Source: an uncultured delta proteobacterium (GTDB lineage Bacteria; Desulfobacterota; Binatia; Binatales; Binataceae). Taken from it: a stretch of 64,000 nt of DNA. Below are positions 23,061-32,717 of this stretch, one piece after another. The stretch covers positions 138,046-202,045 of the forward strand of contig CAVZFW010000015.1 in NCBI GenBank assembly GCA_963774705.1. The letters are read 5' to 3'. Position 1 is the first letter of the stretch. Each line of letters begins with the position of its first letter. The notes beneath the pieces were generated by a model. It had not been told where the DNA came from, searched no databases, and saw nothing but the letters and a program-made list of their open reading frames with translations. Position numbers and translations under genes: made by a program.

Positions 23061-24338
23061 ATGGACCGGATTAAGGACATCGAGAACTACGTTGCGGGTG
23101 CTACGGACAGAGCTTCGTTGGCCTACGTGCCTCCGTTCCAGCTTACGAAAGGACAGCCGCCACCGATCGCCGCGAATGGCGGGTTATCCTATATGTCGTT
23201 TGATCGCGACGGGGATGCGGGTACTGCTGCGGCCACGGCGGCGGCGCTTAAGCAGCTTGCCGAGGGACATGGGCAGGCGATCATCGACATGCTCGACCAG
23301 GCTCCTCCTGGCCCGATCCAGACCAAGTGGGGAATCGGATTTCGCTCCCACGCGGAGTGCATGGAACATATTCGCGCCAACCACATCGTAGCCCCCGAAG
23401 GGGGCGTGGCGCTGCCACTGCGCTACACCATTTTCGAAGAGCCGTCCTACTCAATCGTCTCGTCCAACTCGCTCTGGCGCGACCCGGCGCGCGCGGCCGA
23501 GGCCGCGGGGTTGCGCAAGGAAGAGCAGGACGTCGGGCGTCGCGGCCTCTACTTCCCGCAGATCTTGCGCGACGGACGACGCATCGCGGAGTACTACCCC
23601 GGTCTCTCGCCCAACAGCCCCGAGTGCATGGGCAAGCTTGGCGTTTCGCTCGCGCACCTCGAGTCCAAGTGCAAGAACTTCTACGACTCGGAGGAGGTCG
23701 AGCGCGTGTACTACCCGGAGATTGAGAAGCTCCTGCTGGACTTCTTCCCGGGTGCGACCGATGCGCTGGTGTACAACCACGATGTCTTCGACAAGGACTA
23801 CAAGGGCGACCGCACGGAGGATCAGGAGAAGAAGAATCCGGGTGTGAACGCCAGCTACGCGAACATCGTGCACAATGACCTGAATGACAACAGCGGCCGC
23901 GTGCGCTGCCGCGAACTGCTGACGAAGAACCTGCGCAACTTCGGGCGCGAGCAGCACTATACGCCGGCGCAGGCCGATGCGAAGATGTCGCAGCGGTTCG
24001 TGTCGATCAACCTGGCCAAGCCGATGGAAACCGTGGGCCAGTACCCCTTCGTGCTCTGCGCCTGGCCCTCTTTCGCCGACCAACCGTACATCACCAACTA
24101 TCGCATCTACGATGATCGCGTCGGCGAGACCACCCGCTTCACCCATCGCCGCAACCATGAGTGGTACTGGTTCCCGCAGCAGAAGCCGACCGAGGTCTCG
24201 ATGCTCAAGTGCTACGACTCGGTCACTGACGGTTCGGTGTCGCGCTGGTCTTTCCACAGTGCGTGCACCGATCCCACGGCGCCCGAAGATGCGCCCTGCC
24301 GCAAGAACCTGGTGGCCCGAGCCTTCATCTTTTTCTAG
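23061..24338 (+). CDS. CmcJ/NvfI-family oxidoreductase paralog with ~190-aa unrecognised N-terminal extension
   Basis: 425-aa intact ORF. The C-terminal 230 aa carry VYYPEIEKLLLDFFPGATDALVYNHDV, ANIVHNDLNDNSG, RFVSINLAKPM, EVSMLKCYDSVTDGSVSRWSFHSA. I recognise no family for the N-terminal part. Confidence 0.7.
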   Translation: MDRIKDIENYVAGATDRASLAYVPPFQLTKGQPPPIAANGGLSYMSFDRDGDAGTAAATAAALKQLAEGHGQAIIDMLDQAPPGPIQTKWGIGFRSHAECMEHIRANHIVAPEGGVALPLRYTIFEEPSYSIVSSNSLWRDPARAAEAAGLRKEEQDVGRRGLYFPQILRDGRRIAEYYPGLSPNSPECMGKLGVSLAHLESKCKNFYDSEEVERVYYPEIEKLLLDFFPGATDALVYNHDVFDKDYKGDRTEDQEKKNPGVNASYANIVHNDLNDNSGRVRCRELLTKNLRNFGREQHYTPAQADAKMSQRFVSINLAKPMETVGQYPFVLCAWPSFADQPYITNYRIYDDRVGETTRFTHRRNHEWYWFPQQKPTEVSMLKCYDSVTDGSVSRWSFHSACTDPTAPEDAPCRKNLVARAFIFF

Positions 24339-24564
24339 GCAGACAGACCACGCGGGCCTCCTTGCTAACCGCGGTCGCCAGCACAGTGTTCGTTTATGCC
24401 GCACAGTGCTCGACGCGCAATCATTTGATGTTCGCCACGCCGCGCATACTAGGCAAGAGAAGAGTGACCATCATGCCACTGTCGCTCGGTCAGGCGGAGA
24501 GAGGGAAAGGTCAAGCTCCTGTATGCCAATCACCGAAGTGTGCATTGTCACGACCCGGACCCTA

Positions 24565-25269
24565 TCAGGTTATGCTTTGCGCGGCTTTGGCTTTACGGGC
24601 GGCCGCCTTGAGGCCGGCCAGCGCGTAATCTGCCATATGCCGGGCAAGGGCTGGCGCGTCGTCGGCTGTGAGGCCGAGACCAGGAAGCGCACGATTCATA
24701 ATTCGTCGGTCGCCGAGGATCAGGACACAGATCGGCGCCATTAGAGTCATGCAGCCACGCGCAACAGCTGGGTGGTCTTCCGGCAAGCCCATCAACTCGC
24801 CAACCAGCTCACGCAAGATACGTGCGCCGGGCAAAAGGAGTTTCTCTTTGGCGGTATAAGTAGTCGGCGATGGCGTTACCATATCGCGGCCGAATACCTG
24901 CAATGCCCATGACGAGGAGACCGGGCCCAGCAAGGATTCGATCAAGACATTTAGCGCGGCTTCCAGTTTCGCCACCGGATCGGTTTTGCCGGCGATTGCC
25001 AGTCCGATCTCTCGCACTGAAAAGATACGATTGCGCGCCTGTTCCATCACAGCAGCGTACAGCGCCTCGATACCGCCGAAGTAATAATTGACAGCTGCGG
25101 TGTTCGTGCCGGCGCGTTCACAGATCTCCTTGGCCGTGGTGCGTTCGAAGCCCTTTTGAGCGAATACGTGGCCCGCGGCTTCGAGCAGATGCCCGCGGGT
25201 GCCCTGGCGGTCCTCTTCGGCTTTCGGTCGGCGGGTGGAACCGGCTCGGCGAACTGCGTGTGCTGCCAT
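24565..25269 (-). CDS. TetR family regulator (CerR/DUF1956-type), copy 2
   Basis: 234-aa ORF, highly similar to the 14200-14895 protein along its length (LLEAAGHVFAQKGFERTTAKEICERAGTNTAAVNYYFGGIEALY...LLGPVSSSWALQVFGRDMVTPSPTTY). Confidence 0.85.
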   Translation of the reverse strand: MAAHAVRRAGSTRRPKAEEDRQGTRGHLLEAAGHVFAQKGFERTTAKEICERAGTNTAAVNYYFGGIEALYAAVMEQARNRIFSVREIGLAIAGKTDPVAKLEAALNVLIESLLGPVSSSWALQVFGRDMVTPSPTTYTAKEKLLLPGARILRELVGELMGLPEDHPAVARGCMTLMAPICVLILGDRRIMNRALPGLGLTADDAPALARHMADYALAGLKAAARKAKAAQSIT

Positions 25270-25341
25270 GGAACTATCTTAGCCAATTGGGACCGGGTGC
25301 CGCCATGCCGCCAGTCAACCTCAGGGGCGCTGCGGTTGAAG

Positions 25342-25392
25342 CAGCTTCGCACACACTCGTTCAAATATTAAATTGAAATTATGATTTGACAA
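25342..25392 (+). promoter_or_regulatory. TetR-HlyD operator/promoter element (copy 2)
   Basis: CAGCTTCGCACACACTCGTTCAAATATTAAATTGAAATTATGATTTGACAA is nearly identical to the reverse complement of 31434-31484 and shares the core with 14987-15014. Confidence 0.5.
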
Positions 25393-25441
25393 TTAGTTTC
25401 AGTGAGGACTAGGCTGGGCTATTCCCAATAAGCAAAATCTT

Positions 25442-25700
25442 ATGAAACGCATCCGGCTGATCATCGCAATCCTGGTCTTGGCCGCCGCAAGAGGAACAGC
25501 GTGGTGGCTGCTGGCGGTAAGCGGCCCCAGCACCAGCTGGTGCTTTATGGCGATGTGGATTTGCGGCCGGTCGACCTCGCCTTCAACGACAGCGGCCGGG
25601 GGCGCAGCGTGACGCCGTCGCCAGTCGGGCGAGATGGCGCCACGGCAAAAGCCGATGTTCTCGCTCGCGGTGATCGATTCGAAATGGGTTCGACTGGTTT
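25442..25700 (+). pseudogene. HlyD-family adaptor remnant (internal deletion, frameshifts)
   Basis: MKRIRLIIAILVLAA..., then LVLYGDVDLRPVDLAFNDSG (aa ~30-50 of the intact copy) joined to GEMAPRQKPMFSLAVIDSKWV (aa ~225-245 of the intact copy) in another frame. Confidence 0.7.
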
Positions 25701-25851
25701 CACAGCAGCGCTGACGAGGATGCCCGAACCAAACGCTATGCTCAGCCGGCCAGATTCATATTGGCGCTAGTCGAACAGTCCTTAGGAGCCGGTGCGGTGG
25801 CTTACCACTCATCCCGATTGTTTATTCTCCAAAAACAAGGAAGGTCAGGAA

Positions 25852-26733
25852 ATGGGCAACTTATCTCAATATGTTCCTCCGAAGGTATGGAATTGGAAGT
25901 CGAATGGCGGCCAGTTCGCAAACATCAATCGTCCGATCGCTGGACCGACCCACGACGAAGAGTTGCCGGTCGGCGGCCATCCCCTCCAGCTCTATTCGCT
26001 CGGCACACCGAACGGCGTGAAAGTCACAGTCATGCTGGAGGAACTCTTGGCTCTCGGGCATGGCGGCGCGGAGTACGACGCTTGGCTGATTAAAATCGCA
26101 GACGGTGATCAATTCGGGAGCGGCTTCGTGGCTGTGAACCCGAACTCCAAGATCCCGGCTCTATTGGATCGCGGTGGGCCTATGCCGATCCGTGTGTTCG
26201 AGTCCGGTGCGATTCTGCTGTACCTGGCCGAGAAGTTCCGTGCGTTTTTGCCGACGGAAGCCGGTGCGCGAGCTGAATGTCTCTCGTGGCTCTTCTGGCA
26301 GATGGGAAGTGCGCCCTATCTCGGCGGTGGGTTTGGCCACTTCTACACCTACGCCCCAGAAAAGATCGAATATGCAATCGATCGTTTCGCGATGGAGGTG
26401 AAACGCCAACTCGACGTACTCGACCGGCGCCTGGCCCAGAACGAATACATTGCTGGCAGCACATACACGATCGCCGACATGGCCATCTTTCCTTGGTACG
26501 GGGAGCTGGCGAAGGGACGGCTCTATGGAGCTGGCGAGTTCCTTAGCGTGAAGGATTACGAGAACGTCCGGCGCTGGATTGACGCGCTCCTCGAGCGGCC
26601 GGCCGTAAAGCGAGGCCGCATGGTCAACCGCGTCTACGGCGATCCGTCGAACCAATTGCACGAACGCCACGCCGCCAGCGATTTCGACGCCAAAACTCAG
26701 GATAAGATCGCGCTTGAAGTTGAACAACGATGA
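25852..26733 (+). CDS. yghU: glutathione S-transferase, YghU (Nu-class) type
   Basis: ATG 25852 with AAGGAAGG RBS. MGNLSQYVPPKVWNWKSNGGQFANINRPIAGPTH...LQLYSLGTPNGVKVTVMLEEL...DQFGSGFVAVNPNSKIPAL is the characteristic YghU N-terminus. Confidence 0.85.
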   Translation: MGNLSQYVPPKVWNWKSNGGQFANINRPIAGPTHDEELPVGGHPLQLYSLGTPNGVKVTVMLEELLALGHGGAEYDAWLIKIADGDQFGSGFVAVNPNSKIPALLDRGGPMPIRVFESGAILLYLAEKFRAFLPTEAGARAECLSWLFWQMGSAPYLGGGFGHFYTYAPEKIEYAIDRFAMEVKRQLDVLDRRLAQNEYIAGSTYTIADMAIFPWYGELAKGRLYGAGEFLSVKDYENVRRWIDALLERPAVKRGRMVNRVYGDPSNQLHERHAASDFDAKTQDKIALEVEQR

Positions 26734-26782
26734 CCCACCGGGTCCGTGCAACCGAGAGCGCGGCGCTCTCGCGATCGAGTTG

Positions 26783-27075
26783 CTACACTCCAATAGACGG
26801 TGTCGGGCTGCGGGAAGCGGTCTGACTGGGCGATTCCCTGGTAGTTGATTGGGAAGAGATCGCCATGCGCGCCTCAATCTGAGTTTTGTGATGCCGGCCA
26901 AACAATTCGCATTCGAGGGTAGCGAAGAAACTCTCGCGTATGGCGTTGTCGAGGTAATCGCCGATCGAGCCCATCAAGGGCGCTAGGTCAGGCTCGACGC
27001 AAAGCTAGCCAAAAGCAATCGAAATGTATACTGCTGCCGTGATCGGAGTGATGAATCAGGGCGGCCGGGCTGCGC
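26783..27075 (-). pseudogene. IS3-family transposase C-terminal fragment
   Basis: LIHHSDHGS..., MGSIGDYLDNAIRESFFATLECELFGRH-HKTQIEARMA, and the ending SRSPTPSIGV parallel the OrfB end of the 4116-5378 element. Internal deletions and frame breaks. Confidence 0.7.
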
Positions 27076-27149
27076 TAGCTGAGCGCCATGTTAGCGTTCC
27101 CGCAAGCGCCACTAGTTTGGAGCAACTTCCCGTGTCGGTGGTGACGCAA

Positions 27150-28235
27150 TTATCGAACTGCCCTAACAAGAGCTAAATCAAAAATGGCGATGATTCTGTG
27201 AGAGAAGCCGCGGTAGGCCCATTTGATGGGCGCGACGTGTCGGTTGTGATGGCGGATGTAACGCATGAGCTTGCGCGCCAGGTCATTGACTGAGGTGAAG
27301 ACCCCGCGGGCGACCACGTCGCGCTCGACGCGGGCGAACCACAGTTCGACCTGATTGAGCCACGAGGAATAGGTTGGAGTGAAATGCACGTGCCGCTTGG
27401 GATGTTCAGCCAGGAACTGTGCGACCCGCTTGGTCTTTTACGCCGAGAGGTTGTCGGCGATAATGTGAATCTCCCGGCCTTTGGCTTCCAGCGCAACGAT
27501 CTGGCCGAAAAAGGCCACAAACTCCTCGGTGGTATGGTGGGCGGCGGTCTGACTCAGGACTTTGCCGCTTTTGGTGTTCAGCGCAGCGTAGAGCGAAAGC
27601 GTGCCATCCTGATAGTACTCGAAGCCGTGGCGTTCGGCTCGCCCAGGGCTAAGCGGCAACACCGGGTCGAGGCGATCGAGCGCTTGGATGGCGGTCTTCT
27701 CATCGACGCAAATACTGCGGCGTGCTGCGGCGGATCAACGTACAGCCCGATCAAGTCGTCGGCCTTACGCTCGAAGTCCGGATCATCGGAGGCCATGTAG
27801 CGCTCCAGCCGACGGGGCTTAAGCCCGGCGCACTGCCAAACTCGCGCGACCATCATGTGATTGACTGCCAGCGCTCGCGCCAGCTTGCGGCTGCTCCAAG
27901 TGCGTGGAACGATCCGTCGGCGGGCGTCGGGTCCAGGCCAGAATGCGGCCTTCCAGCCGCGGCGTGCGCTTAGTCGCCGGCCGCCTTGATGACGGGCAAA
28001 TAGGCCCGCCAGACGCTGCTCGGCAAAGCGGGTCTGCCAACGCGATAAAGGCCGAACTACAGCCCAAGGCATGCTGGATGGTGGACCATGATTGACCCTC
28101 GGCCAACATCAAGATCAGCCGCGCGCGGCGCACATCATCGACGCGCAGCACCCGCGAGCGCGCTCGCGTATGGAGTTCCTGAGATTCGGCTGCGACAATC
28201 GGAGCGTGGTTCCCAGTATCACAACAGTAGAGCAT
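27150..28235 (-). mobile_element. IS630-family element, transposase with several frameshifts and a stop
   Basis: HTH part ARLILMLAEGQSWSTIQHALGCS / WSSRKLARALAVNHMMVARVW, DDE part DPDFERKADDLIGLYVDPP, GTLSLYAALNTKSGKV, IHIIADNLSA, HFTPTYSSWLNQVELWFA, all in different frames. Confidence 0.8.
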
Positions 28236-28261
28236 TGTTACTTTCGATTTTAAAGTTACAA

Positions 28262-28520
28262 GCCACTAGGCGTGGTGTCGGCTGGTTATCTTCCATGGTA
28301 CCGCACCGATATCAGCGGTAGAACTTCGCACGGGAAATTCGCAACTGGGCTAACGTCTGGCGTATCGGAGGCGACGATTCCTCAACCAAGCGAAAGATTT
28401 CCAGTTTCTCGGCGGAGCGGATTTCCTTTATCGAACTCCTCGCGGCCGATCATGCTTTTCAGAAGTAACCTGTTCTGGAGTAGGACCTCGGCCAGCAGTT
28501 CCTTCAGGTAGGAGCGGTTC
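28262..28520 (-). pseudogene. second IS3-family fragment (OrfA 3-prime end and OrfB HTH start), cut by the IS630 element
   Basis: LKELLAEVLLQNRLLLKSMIG, then in another frame SAEKLEIFRLVEESSPPIRQTLAQLRISRAKFYR(stop)YR. Pattern typical of IS3-group OrfA/OrfB junctions. Confidence 0.5.
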
Positions 28521-28897
28521 ATGCGATTATGATGGCCGATGCGACCAGCAAATAGGATGGCCCGCGTATACTGAGAGGGCGGTCCGTAAGTTCGGCACGG
28601 TTCACATCGACACCAGCCTCAATGGGACGCTTCTAATGGCACCGAGTAGTCGTACCGCACACCTCAACAGGGCCTGCATATCGTCAACATCTCGATGAAC
28701 CACGAGAAGATGCGGCGGGCCAGCAAATATTCGAAGCCGATTTCTATATGACGAGAGCGCTCCTCGAAATAAGCACTATGCCGGTCTTGAGCTAGATCCC
28801 ACCACTCCGAAGTTTTGTGGCGCGGGGATGAACTGAAACGCCATGTCCTGTTTCGTCCCAGGGGCTGATCTTCGAGCAAGGTTCTCAACGTGACAAA

Positions 28898-29650
28898 TCA
28901 ATTCGCGCTGCTCGCATGGCTGGCTGCTTTTTTTAAGTTGTAGCTATTTTGTGAATCGCCGAAGCCGAGCAACTCCACCCGCGCTATCTCCTTCCCAAAG
29001 AAACCGCTCTCCAAAAGGAGTGTCTTGATCAAGCCGACGTTGGGCGCATACCAATCCAGATATCTCAACCGTCGGCTATCGTGTGCGTGGTACAAGTCGT
29101 GACTGTTCGCTTCATATAGTGTCTCAGTTTCGACTCGAATACAGTCTGAAAAAGCGCCCGCCGGAACCTGCACAACAGCGGTTTCCAAAAAAGTGCGGTG
29201 AGTTTCCGTCAGATGAAAAGCTTCAGGGAAACGGCCGAACGGAAAATATGAGTTGGACCACGTCAAGTCTGGTTCCAGAAGACGCGGTAGAAATCGTCGT
29301 TCCTTGAAAAGGATCCGCTCAGGGTCTCCAAAGCGGAAAGAGCGTGTTATGTATCCATTTTCGACTGTATAACTAATGGTGAAATTATCCTTGCCGTCGG
29401 AGTTGGAATCTTCCAAGACAGGGCCGCCGCTGTCGTTCGCGGAACCGACGTGCGCTAGGCCCACTGTGCGGTCCGTGAAGATCTCGACGGAGCTTTGGCG
29501 CTTATCGATAACGCGATACGTCCAGGTCGAACCGGTGCGTAGCGGGAAGAAAGAGCCCGACAAGCCTGGGTCAAACGGTGCTTTCCGCTGACAGCTCGAG
29601 AGTTGGACTATGGTCAGTGTCAAAAACAAAAAATATGTTACACTTTTCAT
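28898..29650 (-). CDS. hypothetical lipoprotein, downstream partner of DUF1329 copy B
   Basis: Start moved to ATG 29650. MKSVTYFLFLTLTIVQLSSC has a lipobox. Lower GC than neighbours. No family recognised. Confidence 0.55.
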   Translation of the reverse strand: MKSVTYFLFLTLTIVQLSSCQRKAPFDPGLSGSFFPLRTGSTWTYRVIDKRQSSVEIFTDRTVGLAHVGSANDSGGPVLEDSNSDGKDNFTISYTVENGYITRSFRFGDPERILFKERRFLPRLLEPDLTWSNSYFPFGRFPEAFHLTETHRTFLETAVVQVPAGAFSDCIRVETETLYEANSHDLYHAHDSRRLRYLDWYAPNVGLIKTLLLESGFFGKEIARVELLGFGDSQNSYNLKKAASHASSAN

Positions 29651-29758
29651 TGCAATCAGCGTCCCTTGAGGTGCGGTGATAGCAGCGGCCGGTCTCAGTA
29701 ATGTGGATCGGTCTGAGTCCGCCATCGAGCGGACTCAGACCTCTAGTGCTTGGCGCCG

Positions 29759-31111
29759 TTAGCGCATAATCATCATGAGGCCGCCAGGGCTGCCATATTT
29801 GACGCCGTCCAGGTACTCTTTGGGCGCGTTGTTATCGAGGTAGGGCTTACGCTTCCACGGGTTGCCGAAGCCGGACCAGATGGTCTCGTGCCCATTCTGG
29901 AAATCTAGGGCGGACGAGGCGACACCGTCCCATGCGGAACCGAGTCCCGGCACTTTGCCAGCATCGTTGTACCAGGAAATCGCCTTCCATAGTTTGCGGT
30001 TCGAGTCGTACAGATCCGTCCAGTCGCTGTTCCAATGCTCGCGGTCGACGTACATTATGCGGCTCGAATAGCAATAACCTGTGGCTTCGCTCGGGATCCG
30101 GTGGACATCGTCTATTGCCATCGCACGCGCTTCCCATTTGCCCCAAGAGGGTTTGGGGAAACCGAGCGGCATATCGTAACCGTCAGGGAAAATCGCACCA
30201 TCCTCGTTGAAGTGGGCGAGCGTCAGGATATTGCGATCGCCTAGAAAGTCTCCCGTGTAGATCGAAGTGCTGCCGTTGAAGCCATTGGTCTTGGCGTCAT
30301 CGTAGGTCCAGTCAAAACCGAATAGCGGTGCGCATCGGGCGGTGCTGGAGAGACGCAGCGAACGCCGCAAGGACGGCACGAAGACGAAGACATCGGGAAA
30401 AGGATGCGCTTCTTGGTCAACGTAGAACAAGTCGAGCGACGTGGTATAGCGCGCCTGTTCGGGAGTTTCCTCCATTTCCCATTCTGTATACCAAGTGCCG
30501 GGTGCGTAGGTCTGCTGCACGGGGAAGCCCGGATCCGTGTTGAAGTCGCTCCAGCGATAGACGACGTCGACCGTGGTCTTATTCGTGTTGCCAAAGCGGT
30601 CGGCGGACCAGATCGAGCCATAGTTCTCCGGGCCGTTCACATAGACGGAAGGCACAAACGACCAGAATACGTTGGCGAGAATCTTCCAGCCCTTGTTCGG
30701 CTCCTGCGGGTTCGGGAAGGGCGTGCCGCCGTGGTAATTCTTGAGCACATAGTGGCCGTTGGGCAGCACTTCGACTTGGGTCTGCGGACCGTATTTCTCG
30801 GTCGCCTCGACCCAGGTCTTGGGCAGGAAGGTGTTATAGACGGCTGGTCCGATCGGCATCTGGATGTCGGACGGCATCTTCCAGAAGTAAACGCCCTCGA
30901 ACAGCTTCTGCATGCCGAGCGGCATGAACTGTTTGTACTGTTGCCAGTTGGCCATGGTGATAGTGCCGCTGGTCGGCGCCGCACCCTGTTTCTGGGTGTC
31001 TTTCACCCATTGATCCATCTCGCTGCGGTCGGTGGAGGCCTGCGACCATCCCAACGACGGAAATAGGGCAATTGCTAGCCCCGCCGCAATTATAAGGGTC
31101 AGATTCCTCAT
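29759..31111 (-). CDS. DUF1329-family periplasmic protein (copy B, intact)
   Basis: Start moved to ATG 31111 (AAGGAA RBS). Signal peptide MRNLTLIIAAGLAIALFPSLGWSQA. Family hallmarks MANWQQYKQFMPLGMQKLFEG, GGTPFPNP, KGWKILANVFW, ending GSPGGLMMIMR. Confidence 0.9.
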   Translation of the reverse strand: MRNLTLIIAAGLAIALFPSLGWSQASTDRSEMDQWVKDTQKQGAAPTSGTITMANWQQYKQFMPLGMQKLFEGVYFWKMPSDIQMPIGPAVYNTFLPKTWVEATEKYGPQTQVEVLPNGHYVLKNYHGGTPFPNPQEPNKGWKILANVFWSFVPSVYVNGPENYGSIWSADRFGNTNKTTVDVVYRWSDFNTDPGFPVQQTYAPGTWYTEWEMEETPEQARYTTSLDLFYVDQEAHPFPDVFVFVPSLRRSLRLSSTARCAPLFGFDWTYDDAKTNGFNGSTSIYTGDFLGDRNILTLAHFNEDGAIFPDGYDMPLGFPKPSWGKWEARAMAIDDVHRIPSEATGYCYSSRIMYVDREHWNSDWTDLYDSNRKLWKAISWYNDAGKVPGLGSAWDGVASSALDFQNGHETIWSGFGNPWKRKPYLDNNAPKEYLDGVKYGSPGGLMMIMR

Positions 31112-31149
31112 ACGGTTCCTTGACCGGTCGTTGATGCCCCGCTTCGGCC

Positions 31150-31336
31150 ACCGAATCGCGATCGCCTTGCCACCCTTGGCGGTAACGTCCGCGACCGTGC
31201 GGTCAGCTCCTCCCTGTCGGAAGCATAGTTCACCGTGACCGCAGCACCCATTGCCGCCGGCCCCTTCGCGAGCGCCGCTCCGATCCATTTCGACGCGCCG
31301 GTAACGGTCGCCGCTTTTGCCTGCCGGTTTGTTCAT
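31150..31336 (-). pseudogene. SDR N-terminal remnant (spurious 5-prime extension of the 29759-31336 ORF)
   Basis: ATG 31336 with AGGAGAG RBS. GKAATVTGASKWIGAALAKGPAAMGAAVTVNYASDRE in one frame, then GADRTVADVTAKGGKAIAI in another. Only about 60 aa of an SDR. Confidence 0.55.
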
Positions 31337-31373
31337 CTCTACTCTCCTATCTGCTTGTTGCTTTTACCTCGAT

Positions 31374-31484
31374 GATGCGTTTCATCAGGCTGTGCTTATC
31401 GCGGATCACCCACCCTAGTCCTCGCTGGACCGGTTGTCAAATCTAAATTTCAATTTGATATTTGAACGAGTGTGTGCGAAGCTG
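31374..31484 (-). repeat. third copy of the TetR-HlyD promoter module including the first 4 HlyD codons
   Basis: The reverse complement reads CAGCTTCGCACACACTCGTTCAAATATCAAATTGAAATTTAGATTTGACAA...GAGGACTAGGGTGGG...ATGAAACGCATC. Copy 2 at 25342-25453 has the same order, including ATGAAACGCATC (MKRI). Confidence 0.7.
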
Positions 31485-32142
31485 GTTCAGCCGGGCGCAC
31501 TCGGCTGTGGCTCTCTGCGCCGGCGGGCGCGGGCTCCCCATCCTTGCTGTCGCGTTGCTCCTGCCTTATCCCAAATCTTCATGGCAATCCGGACGATGTC
31601 TTGGAACACCTCCGGGTCCGCCACAGTTTTGTTGATCACGTTCAACCTCTTGGGCGACACCCAAGAAGAAATGGTCGGGTGCCCTCGGATCCTGAGTCGG
31701 CGCTAACGAGCCTTCAGGCTGTGCGCGAAGCAAAAGACGATAGATCGCCGTTTCTTGCTGGCCGATCGATTCACCAATCTTACGGGTAATTACGTCCCCA
31801 GCAGTTGGACACTCAAGCGAGGTGTTTACTATCAGACAGCCTCGTGGCAATCGCGGATCGCTAATGCGCCGCACGATTGAATCAAACATGCGTTCGATGG
31901 CACGCCGTGGATCCCGATCGGACAATTCCGCCATCAGGTTCTTCGCCACGGTCTCGAGGTAACGGTCGATTGCCGCAGTGAACACCGCCTCTTTACGCCG
32001 AAGGTGGCGTAAATGCTGCCGCAGTTTATCCCCATCGGCTCGACCAGATCGCTGATCGAGGTGCCTCGTAACCACGGGTCCAGAACAACGTCATCGCACG
32101 GTTTAGAATTTCATTCCGGTCGAACTGTTTGACGCCTGCCAT
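31485..32142 (-). pseudogene. TetR family regulator (different subfamily), frameshifted
   Basis: MAGVKQFDRNEILNRAMTLFWTRGYEA, then the HTH continues out of frame. AVFTAAIDRYLETVAKNL...CLIVNTSLE is in the 32075 frame. The C-terminal ADPEVFQDIVRIAMKIWD is in a third frame. Confidence 0.65.
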
Positions 32143-32155
32143 TTTTTTGAGCTTT

Positions 32156-32182
32156 TATATTGGAATGAACCGGTACAATATA
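32156..32182. promoter_or_regulatory. palindromic candidate operator between TetR pseudogene and dehalogenase remnant
   Basis: TATATTGGAATGAACCGGTACAATATA has 7-nt inverted arms TATATTG/CAATATA around a central ACCGGT. Confidence 0.35.
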
Positions 32183-32492
32183 AGCTCACTCTTCCCGTAC
32201 AAGAGTCATTTTTGCCCGCTGTCAGTTCATTCAGATAATTAAATTAGGGTGCTCCACTTACTTGTCCGATCGTTCCAAAATGGCGACGCTTTTGAGGATG
32301 CCAGACGAAAAGCCCCACGCTTAATGCTTCACCGCGATACGGTAGGCAGTGATCCGTGGCTCATGGCGGGGTTGGTTGAAGACAACAGAAGAGAGTCCCG
32401 ATCCAAGACCGTCGCGCTCGTTATTGAGTGAACGATTTAACGATCTGAAGTTCAGACCAGTGGCCAGAAGGCGGAAATAGGAAGGCGCCTCT

Positions 32493-32690
32493 ATGGCGAT
32501 TTCACCAGCATTCCCTTTCGAGCCGCATTATGTGGACGTCGAGGGTGTTTGCAAGCATTAGGTGGAGCAGGGCCGAGGAGACTCGATTCTGTTTCTTCAC
32601 AGCAAATCGACGTGATCCTATATATGGGCAACATCATTCCCGTGGTCTCCCCACACGGCCACTGCATTGGTAATACGGTTGATAGATGAG
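32493..32690 (+). pseudogene. haloalkane dehalogenase-like N-terminal remnant
   Basis: MAISPAFPFEPHYVDVEGVCKH(stop)VEQGRGDSILFLHS...IIPVVSPHGHCI resembles the FPFxPHYVEV...[22 protein letters not shown] start of HLD-II enzymes, but has stops and shifts. Confidence 0.5.
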
Positions 32691-32717
32691 GCCTAACGAA
32701 GCTTCCGCGAGGCCCCG

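Noticed and set aside
23451-24404. 317-aa minus-strand ORF
   Set aside because: It is antisense to the intact CmcJ-like gene. Its Arg/Leu/Val-rich shadow composition argues against coding.
29759-31336. 525-aa version of DUF1329 copy B as given in the track
   Set aside because: The first 75 codons are an SDR gene scrap read in a fused frame. A good RBS and a signal peptide begin at ATG 31111.
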